From: Chitinophaga pinensis
GTDB taxonomy: Bacteria; Bacteroidota; Bacteroidia; Chitinophagales; Chitinophagaceae
Length of the DNA stretch: 64,000 bases
Assembly: GCA_943371675.1 (NCBI GenBank)
Contig: CALRVT010000009.1
Span: 21,040-85,039 of the forward strand
Direction of reading: 5' to 3'
A program made the position numbers and the translations under genes. Positions within the stretch are counted from its first letter, which is position 1. Each line of letters begins with the position of its first letter. Under the pieces are notes generated by a model. The model saw only the letters and a program-made list of their open reading frames with translations, did not search any database and was not told where the DNA came from. This document shows, piece after piece, positions 29,152-39,302 of this stretch.

Positions 29152-30201
29152 TCAGTCTTTAGCTACTTTTTTAACGATGGCGTCTTCACTCAGGTATCCA
29201 ACCCCTGCGGTGATTACTTCCGTTATACCTTCTAGTCCGGAAATAATGCCCACCTTATTATCTTCAATAAAAGCAACTTTTACCGAGTGTTTCTTTACTG
29301 ATTTACCATCTGCATTCAATGTATATACATAAGCATTTTTACCGTCTCCTTCTGTAATGGCTTCAATAGGAATAATGGAAACCCTTAATTTTTTTGCGGG
29401 ATGCAATTCAATTTTCGAAAACAAACCTGCTGCAAACCTTTCATTTCCGGGCAACACTTTTACTTCTACTTCATAGGTATTGCTAAAAGGATCTGCAGCA
29501 GCAGCCATTTTGGTGATCAATCCCTTAAATGTTTTTTCAGGATATGCATCAATCAAAACTGTTGCCATATCTCCTGTTTTTAAAGAAGCCCAATCCTTAT
29601 CTGATGTACCAAACCTTACCACCCAATCATTGCTGGTATTTCCGGTGATATAAAACAAGGGCATACCCGGTGCGGCTATTTCTCCTTCATTCATTAATTT
29701 TTTGATCACGGTTCCATTTTCTGCAGCCCTGATCTGTGCATACTGTTTATTGAATTGTGCAATACGCATATTTTCATTGGATACATCCAACTGTGTTTGT
29801 ACGTTTTGTACCTGCTCTAATGTGGCAGCAGTATCATTGTATAAATTCTTTACCCTGCCCAGGTCTCTTTTAATTTTCTCAATCCCTTTTCCTGCCTGTT
29901 CTATTTGAGCATTGATCTCCGTAAGGTCTAGTACGGCCAGCACCTGACCTTTCACTACTCTAGCACCTTCTTTCACAAATATTTTTGCAATGATGCCTCC
30001 AATTTTGAAGGAGGGCTTAGATTCTGTAGCTGAAGCCATCAAGCCTGAATATTGTAATGTTGCTTCATGATCAGAGACCAGAACAGGAGAGGTACTGATG
30101 GCAATGGATTCATCAATAATGACAGTGGTTGTTTTCTCTTTTTTTCCGCAGGATACTAAAACAATCAGCGTTAGCAGTAACAGTTGGTTGATCTGTTTCA
30201 T
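29152..30201 (-). CDS. RND efflux periplasmic adaptor (membrane-fusion) lipoprotein
   Basis: It has a lipobox (LIVLVSC-GKK) and a coiled-coil hairpin region flanked by lipoyl and beta-barrel segments. It lies between the OMF and RND genes. Confidence 0.85.
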   Translation of the reverse strand: MKQINQLLLLTLIVLVSCGKKEKTTTVIIDESIAISTSPVLVSDHEATLQYSGLMASATESKPSFKIGGIIAKIFVKEGARVVKGQVLAVLDLTEINAQIEQAGKGIEKIKRDLGRVKNLYNDTAATLEQVQNVQTQLDVSNENMRIAQFNKQYAQIRAAENGTVIKKLMNEGEIAAPGMPLFYITGNTSNDWVVRFGTSDKDWASLKTGDMATVLIDAYPEKTFKGLITKMAAAADPFSNTYEVEVKVLPGNERFAAGLFSKIELHPAKKLRVSIIPIEAITEGDGKNAYVYTLNADGKSVKKHSVKVAFIEDNKVGIISGLEGITEVITAGVGYLSEDAIVKKVAKD

Positions 30202-30218
30202 ATAATTTGGTTTCGGTT

Positions 30219-31571
30219 TTATTTAAATTGATAGGATGCATTGGCTCTTTCCAGCTCTGCCTGTTTGTTCAAAACGGTTAATTGTGCCAGGGTATAACGA
30301 ATGCCTGATTGTGTCATTTGTGAGCGGGCATCGATCAGTTCAATTTGTAATGCCTGCCCTTCGCGCCAGCGTTTCTCCACCATTCTGTATGCCTCAGCAG
30401 CGCTTTGCATTTCATCGCGATAACTTTGTAAAGCTTCCCAGGCACTTCTGGTGCTGTTAAAAGCAATTGTTGCTTGCAGGTTTAATTGGTTCTTTACTTC
30501 CTGTTCTTTGTTTAATAAGGATTCTATGGCAACCTTGGTTTCTTTTATTTTTATTTTATTATCGTGCCCTTTAAAAAGATTCCATTGTAATTGCAGTCCT
30601 GCCAATTGATAAAATTGTTCACTGTTGAATTTGTAACCAAAACCCTGAAACCCGGCATTATAAAAAGCGTTGAGTTTGGGTAATTGTCCGCCTTCATTTA
30701 ATTTCTGACTGATCATTAATTGCTGTGCACCACTTCTGATCTTTGCCAATTCTTCACGCGCTGCCGTGGTTTCTATAGAAGCCAATGTGGGAGGTTGTAT
30801 GGCGTCAAGTGCGGTATAGTCGAGCGTTACAGCCGATTCAAATGGCTTGTTGAGCAAGAAATTAAAATAGGCAGTGGTGTTTTTTTTGTATTGCTCTGCT
30901 TCTGTTAGTAGTGCATTTACCTGACTCACCTGTGCTTTTGATTTAAACACTACTTCTTTGGTTGCTACATTATTGGCAACAAATTTTTCAGATAATCGTA
31001 AGTTTTCATTAACCAGTTCTAAGGCATTTTTATAGATGTCTGCCGCCCTGCTTGACTGCAATACATTATAATAAGCCTGCTTGATATTTTTCACTAATTC
31101 TCTTTTGTAGATATCACTATCAACTTGTCTTTCTCTGATCTGTTCCTCTTTGATCTGTTTGTTGTAGCGGATGTCTGAGTTAAAAACAGGGTACAAAACC
31201 TCGGCCTTGGTATCATTAAAATCGTTTGGAAGAAAATTGATGGTTTGGTTTTGAATTTGTGGAAATGAATTGGTAGCAGTTAGTTGGTTCAGTGTTTTAT
31301 AAACACCATTCAACAGATCGCCGATAGGCAATTCTTGTGTTCTACCACCAGTAGCCACTGTATACTGTGCATTTAGATTCACTTGCGGATAATAAAGCGC
31401 ACGGGCTCTATCCAGTTCCAGTTTGGCGGTTTTGATATCAAAACTAAATTGATGAAGTGCCAGGTTACTATCAATACCCATTTTGATATAGGCGTCTAAT
31501 ACCGATTGAGCCTGAGATGCTACTCCGAAAATGAGACTAAAAAAAAGCAGGATTTTTGTTTTCGCTTGCAT
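30219..31571 (-). CDS. TolC-family outer-membrane efflux protein
   Basis: The protein is 450 aa with a signal peptide and two repeated alpha-helical/beta halves. It is the first structural gene of the efflux operon. Confidence 0.85.
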   Translation of the reverse strand: MQAKTKILLFFSLIFGVASQAQSVLDAYIKMGIDSNLALHQFSFDIKTAKLELDRARALYYPQVNLNAQYTVATGGRTQELPIGDLLNGVYKTLNQLTATNSFPQIQNQTINFLPNDFNDTKAEVLYPVFNSDIRYNKQIKEEQIRERQVDSDIYKRELVKNIKQAYYNVLQSSRAADIYKNALELVNENLRLSEKFVANNVATKEVVFKSKAQVSQVNALLTEAEQYKKNTTAYFNFLLNKPFESAVTLDYTALDAIQPPTLASIETTAAREELAKIRSGAQQLMISQKLNEGGQLPKLNAFYNAGFQGFGYKFNSEQFYQLAGLQLQWNLFKGHDNKIKIKETKVAIESLLNKEQEVKNQLNLQATIAFNSTRSAWEALQSYRDEMQSAAEAYRMVEKRWREGQALQIELIDARSQMTQSGIRYTLAQLTVLNKQAELERANASYQFK

Positions 31572-31600
31572 AAGCTTTGTTTATTAATTACGTCAAATAA

Positions 31601-31618
31601 ATTAACAATGTTAAGTAA
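31601..31618 (-). promoter_or_regulatory. Putative TetR operator 1 (upstream of tolC-like gene)
   Basis: The site is ATTAACAATGTTAAGTAA and contains the palindrome TTAACAaTGTTAA. It lies 30-47 nt upstream of the tolC ATG. A near-identical copy is at 32284..32301. Confidence 0.5.
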
Positions 31619-31635
31619 TTATGAAAAAAATATAG

Positions 31636-32259
31636 TTAACCGTTATTATCGATACTATTCAATAACCAATTGAGGGATTGTTGCATCACTTTGGGAATGT
31701 CTTCTTTAGGCACCAGCTTAGCCATTCTGTCTCTGATAGCCAATGATACCAAACCATGTACCATACCCCAAATGGAAACAGCTACCACTTCTACCGGTGC
31801 TTTTTTGATCAACCCCTTGTCCATACACTCTTGAAGCACTTGTTGCAATAAGCCCAGTGCGTTATCACCGAGCGACCAATGGCCATCATCCATACAAGCG
31901 AGTGCCTGCATAGGTGCTCGCTGAATAAACATAACATCGTAGAATTCAGGGTGATTCATGCCAAAATGCAAGTAGTTTTCACCCATTTTATACAAGCGCA
32001 TCAGGGGGTTTGCAATACCCAATAGGTTCTGGTTTAATTCCATGAACTTGGCAAAACCCATTTCATGCAGGTGAAAGAAAATCTCGTCCTTGTCTTTAAA
32101 ATAGAGGTAAACGGTGGTGGGACTATACTCGATCAGGTCAGCGATCTTACGGATGGTTACATGGTCGTAACCCTCTTCCACAAAGAGTTTCATGGATGCA
32201 TCCAGGATCATTTTCCGGATCTCTGTTTTTTGTTTTTCTTTTCTTTCCGCTATGCCCAT
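31636..32259 (-). CDS. TetR/AcrR-family transcriptional repressor
   Basis: It has an N-terminal HTH (ILDASMKLFVEEGYDHVTIRKIADLIEYSPTTVYLYFKDKDEI). It is 207 aa and heads the efflux operon. Confidence 0.85.
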   Translation of the reverse strand: MGIAERKEKQKTEIRKMILDASMKLFVEEGYDHVTIRKIADLIEYSPTTVYLYFKDKDEIFFHLHEMGFAKFMELNQNLLGIANPLMRLYKMGENYLHFGMNHPEFYDVMFIQRAPMQALACMDDGHWSLGDNALGLLQQVLQECMDKGLIKKAPVEVVAVSIWGMVHGLVSLAIRDRMAKLVPKEDIPKVMQQSLNWLLNSIDNNG

Positions 32260-32283
32260 GAGATTAATTTCACTGCAAATATA

Positions 32284-32301
32284 ATTAACAGTGTTAAGTA
32301 A
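32284..32301 (-). promoter_or_regulatory. Putative TetR operator 2 (autoregulatory, upstream of tetR)
   Basis: The site is ATTAACAGTGTTAAGTAA, matching operator 1 at 17 of 18 positions. It lies 25-42 nt upstream of the tetR ATG. Confidence 0.5.
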
Positions 32302-32333
32302 CCAAATTTTTGGCCAGAAAACTTTTAAGGAAT

Positions 32334-33503
32334 TTAAAACCGGTAGGGAAAACGCATATAATCCATGGCGGGCAACACATTTCCCGTAAAATCGAATAAA
32401 GCATTATTCTCCCAGGAAGAGCCAGTTCCCCAGCGGTCTTTCATTTTAGAACTGATCCACTCTGGTTCCCAATATTGAATCCCAGTTCCCCCTCCATCTA
32501 TGATGGCCTGTACCAGGTCTTTCATATATCGGTATTGGTTATCTGGCGTAAGCGGATAACCACTTACTACATCAGATGCAGAAAAAAGATTGTTATAGGT
32601 ATCTGCATTATTCCCTGTCCAGGGATATGCGGCTTCTACTACCATTACTTTTTTACGGTAAGTGTTCACCAACATTTTTATAGTATCTGTTATGGCTGAC
32701 ATGGTATTAACCGTTGACCATTTACTGTAATGTGATAATCCCAAAACATCATAATCTGTTACACCAGCTTGTGTAATTGCTTTGGACCACCAACCTGCAT
32801 CCTGCAATTGTGCCACATGAATGATCACCTGGGGTTTGATAGAAGAAGTAACAGAGAAATCCCTGACAGCTTTGATACCCGATTTAAGTAATACAGCAAA
32901 CCCCGTTGCATCTTGCTGTTGAATTTTCCCTAATGGCCATAACATGCCATTGTTATTTTCATTGCCTACCTGAATCATTTCAGGTACCAGATTTTTTGCA
33001 GCAAAATATTGTAATACTGCAGTTGTATATTGGTAAACAGAATCTTTTAAAATTTGCAAAGGGAGATTCTTCCAGGCTGCAGGTAATTCCTGTTTTTGTG
33101 GATCTGCCCAATCATCTGAATAGTGTAAGTCAAGATTGACGGCCATTCCCGCTGCTTTTGCTCTGCGCATTAGTTTTTCTACATCAGCAAGATCTGAATA
33201 TATTTTACCACCTGTTACTGCTAATTGCCAGGAAGGCGTATGCCATAATCTTATACGAACAAGGTTGGCACCATGGTCTTTGAAAATGGCTATGGCATCT
33301 TTTACTTGTCCATTCTCTTTAAACAGTGCTTGATTATCTTCTAATTGGTTTAAATAAGAAAGATCTGCACCCATACAGAATTCATTCCATTGGTATTGTT
33401 TAGTGGAGGGTGTTTCTTGGGCTTTTGCTTTACAACCTAAGAGCAGTGAGCAGATTGGGAAAATGATGATTAACTTACTAGATAGAAAGCTTTTGAATTT
33501 CAT
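32334..33503 (-). CDS. Arabinogalactan endo-beta-1,4-galactanase (GH53), exported
   Basis: Motifs include GADLSYLNQLE, HGANLVRIRLWHTP, QVGNENNNGMLWPLG (acid/base Glu) and VVEAAYPW (nucleophile Glu). The start was moved to the internal Met (MKFKSFLSSKLIIIFPICSLLLGC), which gives a signal or lipoprotein peptide. Confidence 0.8.
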   Translation of the reverse strand: MKFKSFLSSKLIIIFPICSLLLGCKAKAQETPSTKQYQWNEFCMGADLSYLNQLEDNQALFKENGQVKDAIAIFKDHGANLVRIRLWHTPSWQLAVTGGKIYSDLADVEKLMRRAKAAGMAVNLDLHYSDDWADPQKQELPAAWKNLPLQILKDSVYQYTTAVLQYFAAKNLVPEMIQVGNENNNGMLWPLGKIQQQDATGFAVLLKSGIKAVRDFSVTSSIKPQVIIHVAQLQDAGWWSKAITQAGVTDYDVLGLSHYSKWSTVNTMSAITDTIKMLVNTYRKKVMVVEAAYPWTGNNADTYNNLFSASDVVSGYPLTPDNQYRYMKDLVQAIIDGGGTGIQYWEPEWISSKMKDRWGTGSSWENNALFDFTGNVLPAMDYMRFPYRF

Positions 33504-33559
33504 ATGCAAATGTATTAAAACCTCTTGTGGTATTTTAATTGAAACTATGCGAGAGAGGT

Positions 33560-33597
33560 TTAACCGCAAAGGCGCGAGGGCGCAAGGGTTCGCTAAG
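33560..33597. repeat. Intergenic repeat family B copy (TTAACCGCAAAGGCGCGAGGGCGCAAGGGTTCGCTAAG)
   Basis: It shares TTAACCGCAAAG...CGAGGGTTCGC(A/T)AAG with both arms of the element at 35833..35907. Confidence 0.55.
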
Positions 33598-33612
33598 TTT
33601 TTTTTAATGACT

Positions 33613-34656
33613 TCAACAAATTCTAGGTAATTGTTCTCCTGTGAGGTAGCCTACAATTCGATGTCCGCCGATAGTACTTTTCAGCAAAACCTTACCAGCA
33701 TTGGCTTCTGTAACATCTCCTATAATGGCAGAATGGGTACCATTTTCATCTTTTTGTAATAATGCTAAAAAACTATCCGCTACTTCTTTGGCAACGATGG
33801 CAACAAATAATCCTTCATTGGCAACATACAATGGATCCAATCCCAGCATTTCACAAGCACCTTCTACTTGACTATCAATAGGAATTCTTTTTTGATCGAT
33901 CACAAAACCTAATTGCCTGATCTCTGCCAGTTCATTCAATACAGAAGCCAATCCGCCTCTGGTTGGGTCGCGCATGAATTTGATGTTCGTACCAAATGCA
34001 TCCAATAACTTTTGAACGGTATGATTTAGGTTGGTGGAATCACTTACAATATCTGTTTCAAATTCCAGTCCCTGCCTTTTACTCATAATAGCAATCCCAT
34101 GTTGTGCAAGTAAACCACTAATGATAATTTTATCTCCGGCTGCTATTCTGTTATGATGTATCTGCGCATCTGCATGGATCATTCCAATGCCGGAAGTATT
34201 GATAAAGATCTGATCGCCCTTGCCTTTTTCTACTACTTTGGTATCGCCTGTAACAATCTGCACGACCGATTTTTGCACTGCAGATTTAATGCCCACCAAC
34301 ACTTCCCAGAAATCTTTCATGGCAAAACCTTCTTCAATAATAAAACCTAAAGAAAGATATTTGGGCATGGCGCCACACATGGCAAGATCATTCACAGTTC
34401 CATTCACTGCCAGTTCACCAATATTTCCACCCGGAAAAAAAATAGGAGAGATCACATAACTGTCTGTACTAAATGCTGTTCTCCCAGATAATTCAAAAGA
34501 AGCTCCATCATGCTGTTGATCCAGTAAGTCATTTTTGAGCACATCAAAAACACCGCTCTGTAAAAAACGATGCGTTAAGAGTCCACCACTTCCATGACCC
34601 ATGGTGATCACATCAAAATCGAATTTGGGCATAGGGCATTGAAGTTGCATATTCAT
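33613..34656 (-). CDS. hypE: Hydrogenase maturation protein HypE (carbamoyl dehydratase)
   Basis: It is an AIR-synthase-like fold of 347 aa that ends in the diagnostic PRIC motif. Confidence 0.9.
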   Translation of the reverse strand: MNMQLQCPMPKFDFDVITMGHGSGGLLTHRFLQSGVFDVLKNDLLDQQHDGASFELSGRTAFSTDSYVISPIFFPGGNIGELAVNGTVNDLAMCGAMPKYLSLGFIIEEGFAMKDFWEVLVGIKSAVQKSVVQIVTGDTKVVEKGKGDQIFINTSGIGMIHADAQIHHNRIAAGDKIIISGLLAQHGIAIMSKRQGLEFETDIVSDSTNLNHTVQKLLDAFGTNIKFMRDPTRGGLASVLNELAEIRQLGFVIDQKRIPIDSQVEGACEMLGLDPLYVANEGLFVAIVAKEVADSFLALLQKDENGTHSAIIGDVTEANAGKVLLKSTIGGHRIVGYLTGEQLPRIC

Positions 34657-34700
34657 GGTTACTTCTATTTCTTATTGATAAAATTTTATTAAGGAAAATC

Positions 34701-35798
34701 TTACATAACAATTGACTCATCTGCATAATGATAATAAGCTGCACAAGCCCCCTCACTGCTCACCATTGGCGCACCCAGCGGATGTTCGGGTTTACATTTG
34801 GTGCCGAAATTGGGACATTGTTTCGGCTTTTTTAAACCTTTCATAATATCGCCACTGATGCATTCTTTGTTCTCTTCTGCAAATGGAATATCAATATCAA
34901 ATTTCAGTCGTGCATTGTATTCTTTGTATAACTCGTTCACCTCATAGCCACTTTGTGGTATGGAACCAATTCCACGCCAAACCCTATCCGTTACTGCAAA
35001 CACTTTATGAATGGTTTGTTGCGCCATGGCATTTCCTTCGCGTTGAACACTTCTTACATATTGATTTTCTACTTTGTATACGCCTTTTTCTAATTGTCTT
35101 ACTGCCATTACAATTCCCTGCAAAAGATCTACCGGTTCAAAACCTGTTACCACAATCGGGATCTTGTATTTTTCTGCTACCGGATAATATTCTTCCATAC
35201 CCATAATGGTGCATACATGCCCCGCGGCTAAAAAAGCATCGATCACATTGGCCTCATCACTCAATATGGCTTCCATGGCCGGAGGTACCAGTACATGTGA
35301 AGCGAGAATACTATAATTATGAATATGCTGCTGTGCCGCATGCACCACGCTTAATGCATTTGCCGGAGCGGTTGTTTCAAAACCAACAGCAAAAAATACT
35401 ACCTGTTTTGTTGGATTTTGCTTGGCCAGTTCAACGGCTTCCAATGGGGAATAGAGAATGCGTACATCTGCACCTGCTGCTTTTGCTTCCAGTAAACTTT
35501 TCTTACTACCGGGCACACGCAGCATATCACCGAAAGAACAAAGAATAGTATCTTTTTGCTCTGCTAGAAATACCGCTTCATCTATCACACTCACACTGGT
35601 AACACAAACCGGACATCCGGGACCATGCACCATGGTTATTTTATCAGGCAACATATCCAATATCCCATTCTTCACCAGACTATGTGTTTGTCCGCCGCAG
35701 ATCTCCATTAAAGTCCAGGGCTTGGTGGTGATATTGTGTAGTTCTTCAACATATTGTTTCACCAGTTCGGGGTCGCGGTATTCAGTTAAAAACTTCAT
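34701..35798 (-). CDS. hypD: Hydrogenase maturation protein HypD
   Basis: Motifs include [18 protein letters not shown] and a C-terminal Cys cluster. Total length is 365 aa. Confidence 0.9.
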   Translation of the reverse strand: MKFLTEYRDPELVKQYVEELHNITTKPWTLMEICGGQTHSLVKNGILDMLPDKITMVHGPGCPVCVTSVSVIDEAVFLAEQKDTILCSFGDMLRVPGSKKSLLEAKAAGADVRILYSPLEAVELAKQNPTKQVVFFAVGFETTAPANALSVVHAAQQHIHNYSILASHVLVPPAMEAILSDEANVIDAFLAAGHVCTIMGMEEYYPVAEKYKIPIVVTGFEPVDLLQGIVMAVRQLEKGVYKVENQYVRSVQREGNAMAQQTIHKVFAVTDRVWRGIGSIPQSGYEVNELYKEYNARLKFDIDIPFAEENKECISGDIMKGLKKPKQCPNFGTKCKPEHPLGAPMVSSEGACAAYYHYADESIVM

Positions 35799-35832
35799 GG
35801 ATATAATTTTTAAAAATCTATTTCTTAGGACA

Positions 35833-35907
35833 TTCTTTGCGAACCCTCGTGTCTTTGCGTCTTTGCGGTTAATCTGCTTAACCGCAAAGACGCAAGTGCG
35901 CTAAGTA
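35833..35907. repeat. Family B composite inverted repeat (perfect 18-bp stem, 5-nt loop) in the hypC-hypD spacer
   Basis: The arm ttgcgtctttgcggttaa (35855..35872), loop tctgc and arm ttaaccgcaaagacgcaa (35878..35895) form the core. Flanking sequence extends the similarity to the copy at 33560. Confidence 0.7.
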
Positions 35908-35910
35908 ACG

Positions 35911-36165
35911 CTAGGGTGTATTGTTCAATTCCTCTACCTCTCCCATTTGTTTTAAATAATCGAAAGTTTTTTTTGCTTCTTCTTCATCAACCACATTAAT
36001 AGCAACCCCAACATGCACCAAAACATAATCTCCCACTTTGGCTTCGGGTACCATGAAGAGATTAATCTCTTTGATGATGCCACCAAAGGAAACCTTTCCT
36101 TTCCGGAAGGTAATGTCCAGTTGATCGGTGATCTCGATTAATTTACCCGGAATAGCAAGACACAT
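35911..36165 (-). CDS. hypC: Hydrogenase assembly chaperone HypC
   Basis: It has the MCLAIPGK N-terminus with the essential Cys2 and is 84 aa. Confidence 0.9.
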   Translation of the reverse strand: MCLAIPGKLIEITDQLDITFRKGKVSFGGIIKEINLFMVPEAKVGDYVLVHVGVAINVVDEEEAKKTFDYLKQMGEVEELNNTP

Positions 36166-36175
36166 AATGTTAGGA

Positions 36176-38530
36176 TTAATTGGTGTAAGAATATTTTTCT
36201 GATACTTGGTGATTATTTTGTGTAACTAACTTTTCGTTTATAAGTTCCGCCGGATAAGCTTTTCCAAATTTGCCATACCAGGCAATCTGACCAAAACTGA
36301 TACACTCATCATTCGGACTTACCATTTTATGAAAATACAAATGGCGTTTATGTTGCATTAATTCAATAACCATATCTACCAGTAAAGTATTTTGAAATAC
36401 GCCACCACTGAATGCAACCTTATCAATATAAAAGTGGCTACTAATTTTGGCAAATGCCTTAGCCAGAGAATAAAAGAATTTCCAGGCTATTATATTATTA
36501 GGTTCTTTCTGATACCAGTCTTCAATCAATTCATGCATCATTGGCTTCCAGTCTAAAACCCCATCTATCAATGGAAGATGGTAAGAATCATAAGAAGGAT
36601 AAGTACAGGAACTTGCCAAAGCCTCCAATTGCATAGCTGCTTCCCCCTCATATGAAGAAACCGGTTTGATGCCTAATAGACAAGCTACCGCATCAATTAA
36701 CCTGCCCATACTGCTGGTCATTAAAGTAGGTGGCTGTTGCAATAGTTGCGTATAATACTTCCACTCTGTTTCATTAAAATACTTTTGCAAAAGATTTTGT
36801 GCATTGGCAAAATTTTTCAAAATGCTCAAAGCGCTCAGTCTTGGCTCCTTATTCATTTTATCGCCCAGCAATTGGGGAAAATAGGCAAGATGTGCTACAC
36901 GCTTGATTTCATTTTCATCAAAAATAAAAATCTCTCCTCCCCAGATCTGCGCATCATCACCATATCCTGCACCATCACAGATAATACCTAAAACAGGTTC
37001 CTTAGAATATAGCAGGTTATTTTCAGCCATCACTGCAGAAAAATGTGCTACATGATGCTGCACACCTACCAGTTTGCAATCATTGGATGATGCTATGCTT
37101 GCGCCATGGTTACTTACATAATAAGATGGGTGTTTATCAGTAAGGACAAGTTTGGGTTTAAAATTCAATAAACTCGAAACCTGTTCCAGGGTATCCTGAA
37201 AACTTTTTTGTGATTCAACAAATTGCTGATCACCCAAATACTGACTGATGAATAAATGATGCTCATGTGAAATAGCAAAAGCACCTTTGAGCTCTGCACC
37301 CATTGCCAAACAGTCATCAGGTAATTTTTGTAATGGCAGGGGATAATAATTAGGTGCCAGTCCCCTGCTTCTTCGCAAGATAATTTTCTGTCCCCTTTCG
37401 CTAAATTTTATGACACTATCATCCTGTGGCGCAACAATTTTTCTATCATAGGTTAAAATGATATCAGCTATTGCGGGTAACCACATCAGCGCTTGCGCAT
37501 CTTCATAAATAATGGGCGATCCGCTTACATTAGCGCTAGTGGCTACTAATGGTTTTCCAAATTGATGGGCAATAAGTTCCAGCAAGGGTGTGGAAGGAAG
37601 CATCACACCAATAGAGGTTAAACCAGGTGCAATTTCAGCCGCACAAATTCTGTTATCACTGAATTTTTTCAACTTACATAAAACAATAGGTGCTGATCTT
37701 TCTTTTAAGGCGGCTACTTCCACAGGCTTGATAGCAGTATCTGCATAAACCATTTCAAGATCTGCATATAGTAAAGCGAATGGTTTGGAAGGTCTTTTTT
37801 TCCTTTCGCGCAATAGCCTGATACTATCTTGTCTGGTTGCATCACAAATTAACAGGTATCCGCCAGTTCCTTTTACCGCAATAATCTTTCCTGCCGCTAA
37901 AAAATTATTTATCCAATTCAAACAATCCTCACCTATTGCCTGAATTTCATGCCCCTTGTTATCGTAAAGATGTGTTTGAATGGCACAGGATGGACAACTG
38001 TTGGTTTGACTATGGTGCCTACTATTATTTACATCAGCATACTCTTCTTTGCATGAAACACACTGATGCAGCTGGTTCATGGTAGTATGTTGCCTGTCGT
38101 AAGGCATGGCCGTAGTGATAGAATAACGTGGCCCACAATTTACGCAGGTAATAAAGGGGTAATGAAAACGTTTGTTGGACTTGTCGTACAGTTCTCTTCT
38201 GCAATCATCACAGATAGTGATATCTGGTGTAATGAGCATTTGCATACTTGTTCCGCTTTCACTGGCTTTGATATAAAAACCAGTAGAAACAGGATCAGTG
38301 TATTCCTTTAACGTATGCTGGGTGATAACTGCCAGTACAGGTGGCTGTTTGAATATTTGTTCCTGAAATGAATGAATGTTTTCTTCCGAACCGCTACAAA
38401 CAATATGAACACCATCCATATTGTTACTCACCCAACCATCGATATTTAATTGAACTGCCAGCTTATGTATAAAGGGTCTGAAACCAACACCCTGAACCAT
38501 TCCAGAAATATGAATATAATAAGCAGACAT
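36176..38530 (-). CDS. hypF: Carbamoyltransferase HypF
   Basis: It has an acylphosphatase-like N-domain (GMVQGVGFRPFI) and two CxxC..CxxC zinc-finger pairs. These are followed by YrdC-like and Kae1-like domains, for 784 aa in total. Confidence 0.9.
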   Translation of the reverse strand: MSAYYIHISGMVQGVGFRPFIHKLAVQLNIDGWVSNNMDGVHIVCSGSEENIHSFQEQIFKQPPVLAVITQHTLKEYTDPVSTGFYIKASESGTSMQMLITPDITICDDCRRELYDKSNKRFHYPFITCVNCGPRYSITTAMPYDRQHTTMNQLHQCVSCKEEYADVNNSRHHSQTNSCPSCAIQTHLYDNKGHEIQAIGEDCLNWINNFLAAGKIIAVKGTGGYLLICDATRQDSIRLLRERKKRPSKPFALLYADLEMVYADTAIKPVEVAALKERSAPIVLCKLKKFSDNRICAAEIAPGLTSIGVMLPSTPLLELIAHQFGKPLVATSANVSGSPIIYEDAQALMWLPAIADIILTYDRKIVAPQDDSVIKFSERGQKIILRRSRGLAPNYYPLPLQKLPDDCLAMGAELKGAFAISHEHHLFISQYLGDQQFVESQKSFQDTLEQVSSLLNFKPKLVLTDKHPSYYVSNHGASIASSNDCKLVGVQHHVAHFSAVMAENNLLYSKEPVLGIICDGAGYGDDAQIWGGEIFIFDENEIKRVAHLAYFPQLLGDKMNKEPRLSALSILKNFANAQNLLQKYFNETEWKYYTQLLQQPPTLMTSSMGRLIDAVACLLGIKPVSSYEGEAAMQLEALASSCTYPSYDSYHLPLIDGVLDWKPMMHELIEDWYQKEPNNIIAWKFFYSLAKAFAKISSHFYIDKVAFSGGVFQNTLLVDMVIELMQHKRHLYFHKMVSPNDECISFGQIAWYGKFGKAYPAELINEKLVTQNNHQVSEKYSYTN

Positions 38531-38542
38531 GCAGTTTGCGTT

Positions 38543-39283
38543 TTAGGCAGGCGTGAGCACTTTACTCTTCAGCCATTCATACCATTCTTGCATGCCTTCG
38601 CCTGTAGTGCAACTTACTTCAAAAATCTCGAGATTCGGGTTTACTTTTCTTGCATATGTTTTTGCCTTTTCAACATTAAAATTTACGTAAGGCAATAAAT
38701 CTGTCTTATTAATGATGCATAAAGTAGAAGTATGAAACATATCCGGATACTTTAAGGGCTTATCCTCCCCTTCAGTTACACTGATGATAACCACTCTTTC
38801 TTTTTCGCCGAGGTCGAACATGGCAGGACAAACCAAATTGCCAACATTTTCAATAAACAACACAGAATCCTGTTCCAGCTTCATTCCTTGTATGGCATGC
38901 ATCACCATATGGGCATCCAGGTGGCAGCCCTTACCGGTATTGATCTGCGTAACTTTGGTACCTGTTGCATGAATACGATCAGCATCATTCGAAGTTTGCT
39001 GATCACCTTCAATTACGGCAAATTTTAATTCCTCTTTCAAATCTATTAATGTCTTTTCCAGCAAACTTGTTTTGCCCGAACCCGGTGAACTCACCAGGTT
39101 AATGGCCAGTATATTTCTGCCCTCACAATATCCCCTGTTACGTTCTGCCAGAAGGTTATTCTCATGTAGAATATCCCTTTCTACTTCCACCACACGTTTT
39201 CCATTTCCGGAATGGTGTGTATGTTGTTCTGTTCCTTCTTCATGATGATGCGATACGGGTCCGCATCCACAGGTTGCACACAT
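38543..39283 (-). CDS. hypB: Hydrogenase nickel-incorporation GTPase HypB
   Basis: It has the N-terminal CATCGC high-affinity Ni motif and a His-rich stretch (SHHHEEGTEQHTHH). It also has the P-loop SSPGSGKTS and an NKTD motif. Confidence 0.9.
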   Translation of the reverse strand: MCATCGCGPVSHHHEEGTEQHTHHSGNGKRVVEVERDILHENNLLAERNRGYCEGRNILAINLVSSPGSGKTSLLEKTLIDLKEELKFAVIEGDQQTSNDADRIHATGTKVTQINTGKGCHLDAHMVMHAIQGMKLEQDSVLFIENVGNLVCPAMFDLGEKERVVIISVTEGEDKPLKYPDMFHTSTLCIINKTDLLPYVNFNVEKAKTYARKVNPNLEIFEVSCTTGEGMQEWYEWLKSKVLTPA

Positions 39284-39302
39284 ATAGTACGTTTTATGTT
39301 TG

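Noticed and set aside
35458-35904. 148-aa plus-strand ORF spanning the hypD 5' region and the hypC-hypD spacer
   Set aside because: It is antisense to a well-supported hypD gene, and its C-terminal part is the translation of the family B repeat ([22 protein letters not shown]). It is a repeat-generated artefact.
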